In this document: positions 61,429 to 64,000 of the stretch, piece by piece
How positions within the stretch are numbered: the first letter of the stretch is position 1
How the letters are laid out: every line of letters begins with the position of its first letter
Assembly (NCBI GenBank): GCA_039804105.1
Contig: JBDRZU010000001.1
Location: forward strand, 960,001-1,024,000
DNA length: 64,000 bases
Reading direction: 5' to 3'
DNA from: a candidate division WOR-3 bacterium
GTDB lineage: Bacteria > Hydrothermota > 32-111
Notes under the pieces: model-generated
The model's input: the letters and a program-made list of their open reading frames with translations, nothing else
Told to the model about the DNA's origin: nothing
Databases searched by the model: none
Position numbers and translations under genes: made by a program

Positions 61429-62418
61429 TTAATATTCCATTTTAAAAGGTGTATATTTTTCAAGTCCAATGATATGTTTTAAAATTTTATAACACTCAGT
61501 CCTGATAAGCATTCTGTATGATATATATTTTTCCATTTTTTTGTAATAAATTGTCTGCCCCAACCTTTTATCATATTCCTTCAAAACAATTCTTTTTCCT
61601 TTGTCGTTAAGAAAACAGATTTCTTGTTCACTTTCAAAATGAGAGTCATCAACCATATTTTTGTTTAAAATGTAAAAAATTATCCTATCAACAACTATCG
61701 GTTTAAAAATATCTGCTATATCAAGTGATAAAGAGTATCTCCGTTCTCCTGGCTCATGCAAAAAACTGATTGTTGGATCAAGTTGAGTTATATAAATTTC
61801 AGAAAGCACAGTCGAATATAAAACAGAATTTAAAAATGAAATCAAAGTGTTAACAATATTATTTGGAGGATTTTTTATTCTTTTTTCAAATTCAAACTCT
61901 TCATTTAGCCATTTTTTCCATGAATCATAATAAATCTTTCTTATGTTTGCTTCTGTTCCCATAATCTCGTTTATACTCTCTTTTGTATCAAGTTTTTCAA
62001 TAAAAAGTTTTATATTTTCGATTTCATTTTTTAAATCAATTTCTCTTCTGTTATAATATTGCATAATACTCAATATGTTTTCAGAACTTCCTTTAACAAT
62101 ATTTTTTGCAAGATATGATCTTTGTTCTATGTTTTTATAATGTTCAATTTGACATAAAAGAGTTTTACCTGAAACAGTTCTATCCATCGGGAAAAAACTT
62201 CCTGTATAATACCCATAATAACTGAAAAAATGTATAGGTATCTGATGACCTGCTAAAAGATTAACAAAATGAGTGTTCAAATCTATACTTCCAAAAAGAT
62301 ATAAGTTTTCAATATTTTCTATTGGAATTGCCTCCTCTTTTCCATCACTTTCAAAATATACAGTATTATCCTTTCTCTTTAATCTTCCATTTGAAATGAT
62401 AAAATAATTTTTGTCCAT
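61429..62418 (-). CDS. cas1: CRISPR-associated integrase Cas1, resembling subtype I-B
   Basis: G.LKRKDNT, FSYYGYY.GSF.P, MGTEA, N.LISF.NS, SFLHEP..RR.SLSLDIADIFKP; start moved to MDKNY. Confidence 0.95.
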   Translation of the reverse strand: MDKNYFIISNGRLKRKDNTVYFESDGKEEAIPIENIENLYLFGSIDLNTHFVNLLAGHQIPIHFFSYYGYYTGSFFPMDRTVSGKTLLCQIEHYKNIEQRSYLAKNIVKGSSENILSIMQYYNRREIDLKNEIENIKLFIEKLDTKESINEIMGTEANIRKIYYDSWKKWLNEEFEFEKRIKNPPNNIVNTLISFLNSVLYSTVLSEIYITQLDPTISFLHEPGERRYSLSLDIADIFKPIVVDRIIFYILNKNMVDDSHFESEQEICFLNDKGKRIVLKEYDKRLGQTIYYKKMEKYISYRMLIRTECYKILKHIIGLEKYTPFKMEY

Positions 62419-62423
62419 AAAAA

Positions 62424-62915
62424 TCAACTCCTGCATATCATAAGGTAAGAACATTTTTTACATTTATACATCTCTGAAAGTTCGGGTGGATTTTCATCCT
62501 CTTCTACCTTCTTCATTTCATCGGTCAAATTTTTTATTTTTTCTTCATCTCCTTCTTCAAGTTTGACTTCTATAACCTTTTTCTCTTCAGGGAAATTTAA
62601 AACACCTTCGATTTCTTTATTATAGATTTTTTTATAAATCAAAAGATAGAATTTTAATTGAATTTTATGATTTTCTATAAAAGCAGAGGACTTTTTTATC
62701 TCATGAATTTTTCCATCAGGTCCAACAAAATCAATAATATTCTTTCCAAGCAGTATATTTCTTTCCTCTCTTGGATAACTCGTTTTGTCAATCAGTTGAC
62801 CTATTATCAAGTCCTCATTTTTTCCGTCTGGAGAAATCCCTTTTGTAATAAGATAAAACTTCCTCTTACAAAAAAGATAATCTCCAACCAAACTCCCTGT
62901 ATAAAAAAAGTCCAT
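62424..62915 (-). CDS. cas4: CRISPR-associated exonuclease Cas4
   Basis: Y..CKRK, ID, HEIKKS, QLKFYL, C-terminal CKKCSY..IC. Confidence 0.93.
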   Translation of the reverse strand: MDFFYTGSLVGDYLFCKRKFYLITKGISPDGKNEDLIIGQLIDKTSYPREERNILLGKNIIDFVGPDGKIHEIKKSSAFIENHKIQLKFYLLIYKKIYNKEIEGVLNFPEEKKVIEVKLEEGDEEKIKNLTDEMKKVEEDENPPELSEMYKCKKCSYLMICRS

Positions 62916-62933
62916 CAGAAATTCAATAACTGA

Positions 62934-64000
62934 TTAATATTTCTGGTTGTTATTTATAAATTTATATTTTTTAATTTTTTGATCTTTTTTAATTTCAGGT
63001 AAAACTTGATTAATAACAGGTTTTGTGCCAGTACTTTTGATAGATCTGTTTGCTACAAACCATTCAAAAGTTTTATCACTATTTTCATTTAAAGGATAAG
63101 AAATATTTGTTGGTGCTTCTTTATAATTTGTGATTATCAATAATTCATTTAAAATTTCTTCATTTGTTTCAGGAATAAAATTATTATCTAATTGATAATC
63201 CTCAAATTTGTATATGACTTTCTCATTTGAATTTTCCAACTTTCTTATCTTAACTTTTATTACATTTATCTTAACACTTCCCAATCCAAGTGGTTTTCCT
63301 AAACCAATCTTATGTGCATTATCTTTTCTTGCTCCAAAATTTAAAGACCAAATTAAATTTTTTAACTCATTTTCCGTGAGATTATTAAAATAAACTTTAA
63401 AATCAAATTTACATTCTGGATTAACAAGAGGTCTAATACAGACATTTCTTTTTGTTCCCTTTTCAATTTTAATCAAATTCAAATCTTTAAAATTATTATG
63501 ATGCCAATAAAATTTTCTTCCTTTTATTTCAGGTTTATAATCTATCTGTATTTGGTATTGATTATTTTCAAAACTTAATGCATAGTCATAATTCCATAAT
63601 CCAAGTTTTATATTTAAAGGTTTTTTTAAATAAAACTCTGTTGCTGTTAATTTGGGAGAAGCTTGTTCCTTTACAACTATTGGTTCTTTTGAATACAATT
63701 CTTCTAATTTGATATTATCATTTGAAAGTTGTGCATCAGTAAACCTTACTTTTGAAGAAATTGAATCCTCCTTATTTGCAAATCCAAAGACTTGACATGC
63801 AGGACAAAGTTCTTCTTTTTTATCGCAAGGAGAATGTTTCCCTATTAAACTTTTTAAATTATTGTAAAAAACTTCTCTTCCAATGCATGCTGGAGATAAA
63901 TAAATTAAACGTTTATTTCCTAAATTTAATATACTGTAATATACTAAAGCACCTTCATTTCTTATTCTGTTAATAGTCATTTCTCCAACTTTTTTATATT
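62934..64000 (-). CDS. Type III-D large Cas7-like RAMP with insertion (TIGR03986-like); 5' end beyond the window
   Basis: CPACQVFG, KVRFTDA, PK.T..FYL, GRKFYWH, G-rich loop KIGLGKPLGLGSV; frame stays open to the window edge. Confidence 0.85.
   Translation of the reverse strand, partial: YKKVGEMTINRIRNEGALVYYSILNLGNKRLIYLSPACIGREVFYNNLKSLIGKHSPCDKKEELCPACQVFGFANKEDSISSKVRFTDAQLSNDNIKLEELYSKEPIVVKEQASPKLTATEFYLKKPLNIKLGLWNYDYALSFENNQYQIQIDYKPEIKGRKFYWHHNNFKDLNLIKIEKGTKRNVCIRPLVNPECKFDFKVYFNNLTENELKNLIWSLNFGARKDNAHKIGLGKPLGLGSVKINVIKVKIRKLENSNEKVIYKFEDYQLDNNFIPETNEEILNELLIITNYKEAPTNISYPLNENSDKTFEWFVANRSIKSTGTKPVINQVLPEIKKDQKIKKYKFINNNQKY

Noticed and set aside
1192..63973. Many short plus-strand ORFs, including 35073-35627, 50137-50634 and 54374-54964
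   Set aside because: Antisense shadows of well-supported minus-strand genes, with no recognisable motifs

Overview
Very AT-rich bacterial DNA with almost all genes on the minus strand. The gene set (SurA-type PPIases, a LolA-like protein, a gingipain/PorU-like C25 protease, 2-oxoacid:ferredoxin oxidoreductase) suggests a diderm anaerobe. The first 45.2 kb is housekeeping, envelope and scavenging genes: ffh, ddl, glycerate kinase, S55 peptidase, pdp, deoC, transglutaminase, C25 protease, an uncalled Trm112-family gene, cdd, an M16 pair, NUDIX and HhH proteins, a TetR-MMPL-LolA-like-barrel operon, a broken N-acetyl-sugar amidotransferase, ChaN, rlmD, pdxA, three PPIases, mfd, and korD-fumarase-korABC. 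The region 45.2-64 kb looks like a defence island. Read along the minus strand it holds the end of a type III-D large Cas7 (RAMP) gene, cas4-cas1-cas2, a leader, a 40-repeat CRISPR array and a CARF (APE2256-family) gene. Then come duplicated unknown protein plus hydrophobic peptide cassettes and a tightly coupled operon (methyltransferase, DUF1848, PP2C, coiled coil, ClpB-NBD2-like ATPase, NrdG-like radical SAM, Zn-ribbon FHA, membrane Ser/Thr kinase). That operon is the best candidate for an undescribed phosphorylation-controlled conflict system. Also seen: a candidate orphan sRNA at about 16.16 kb, repeated leaderless-gene promoter geometry, and spacers biased to be antisense to invader mRNAs, several covering translation start sites. 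All protein calls come from motif recognition by eye; no searches were run.
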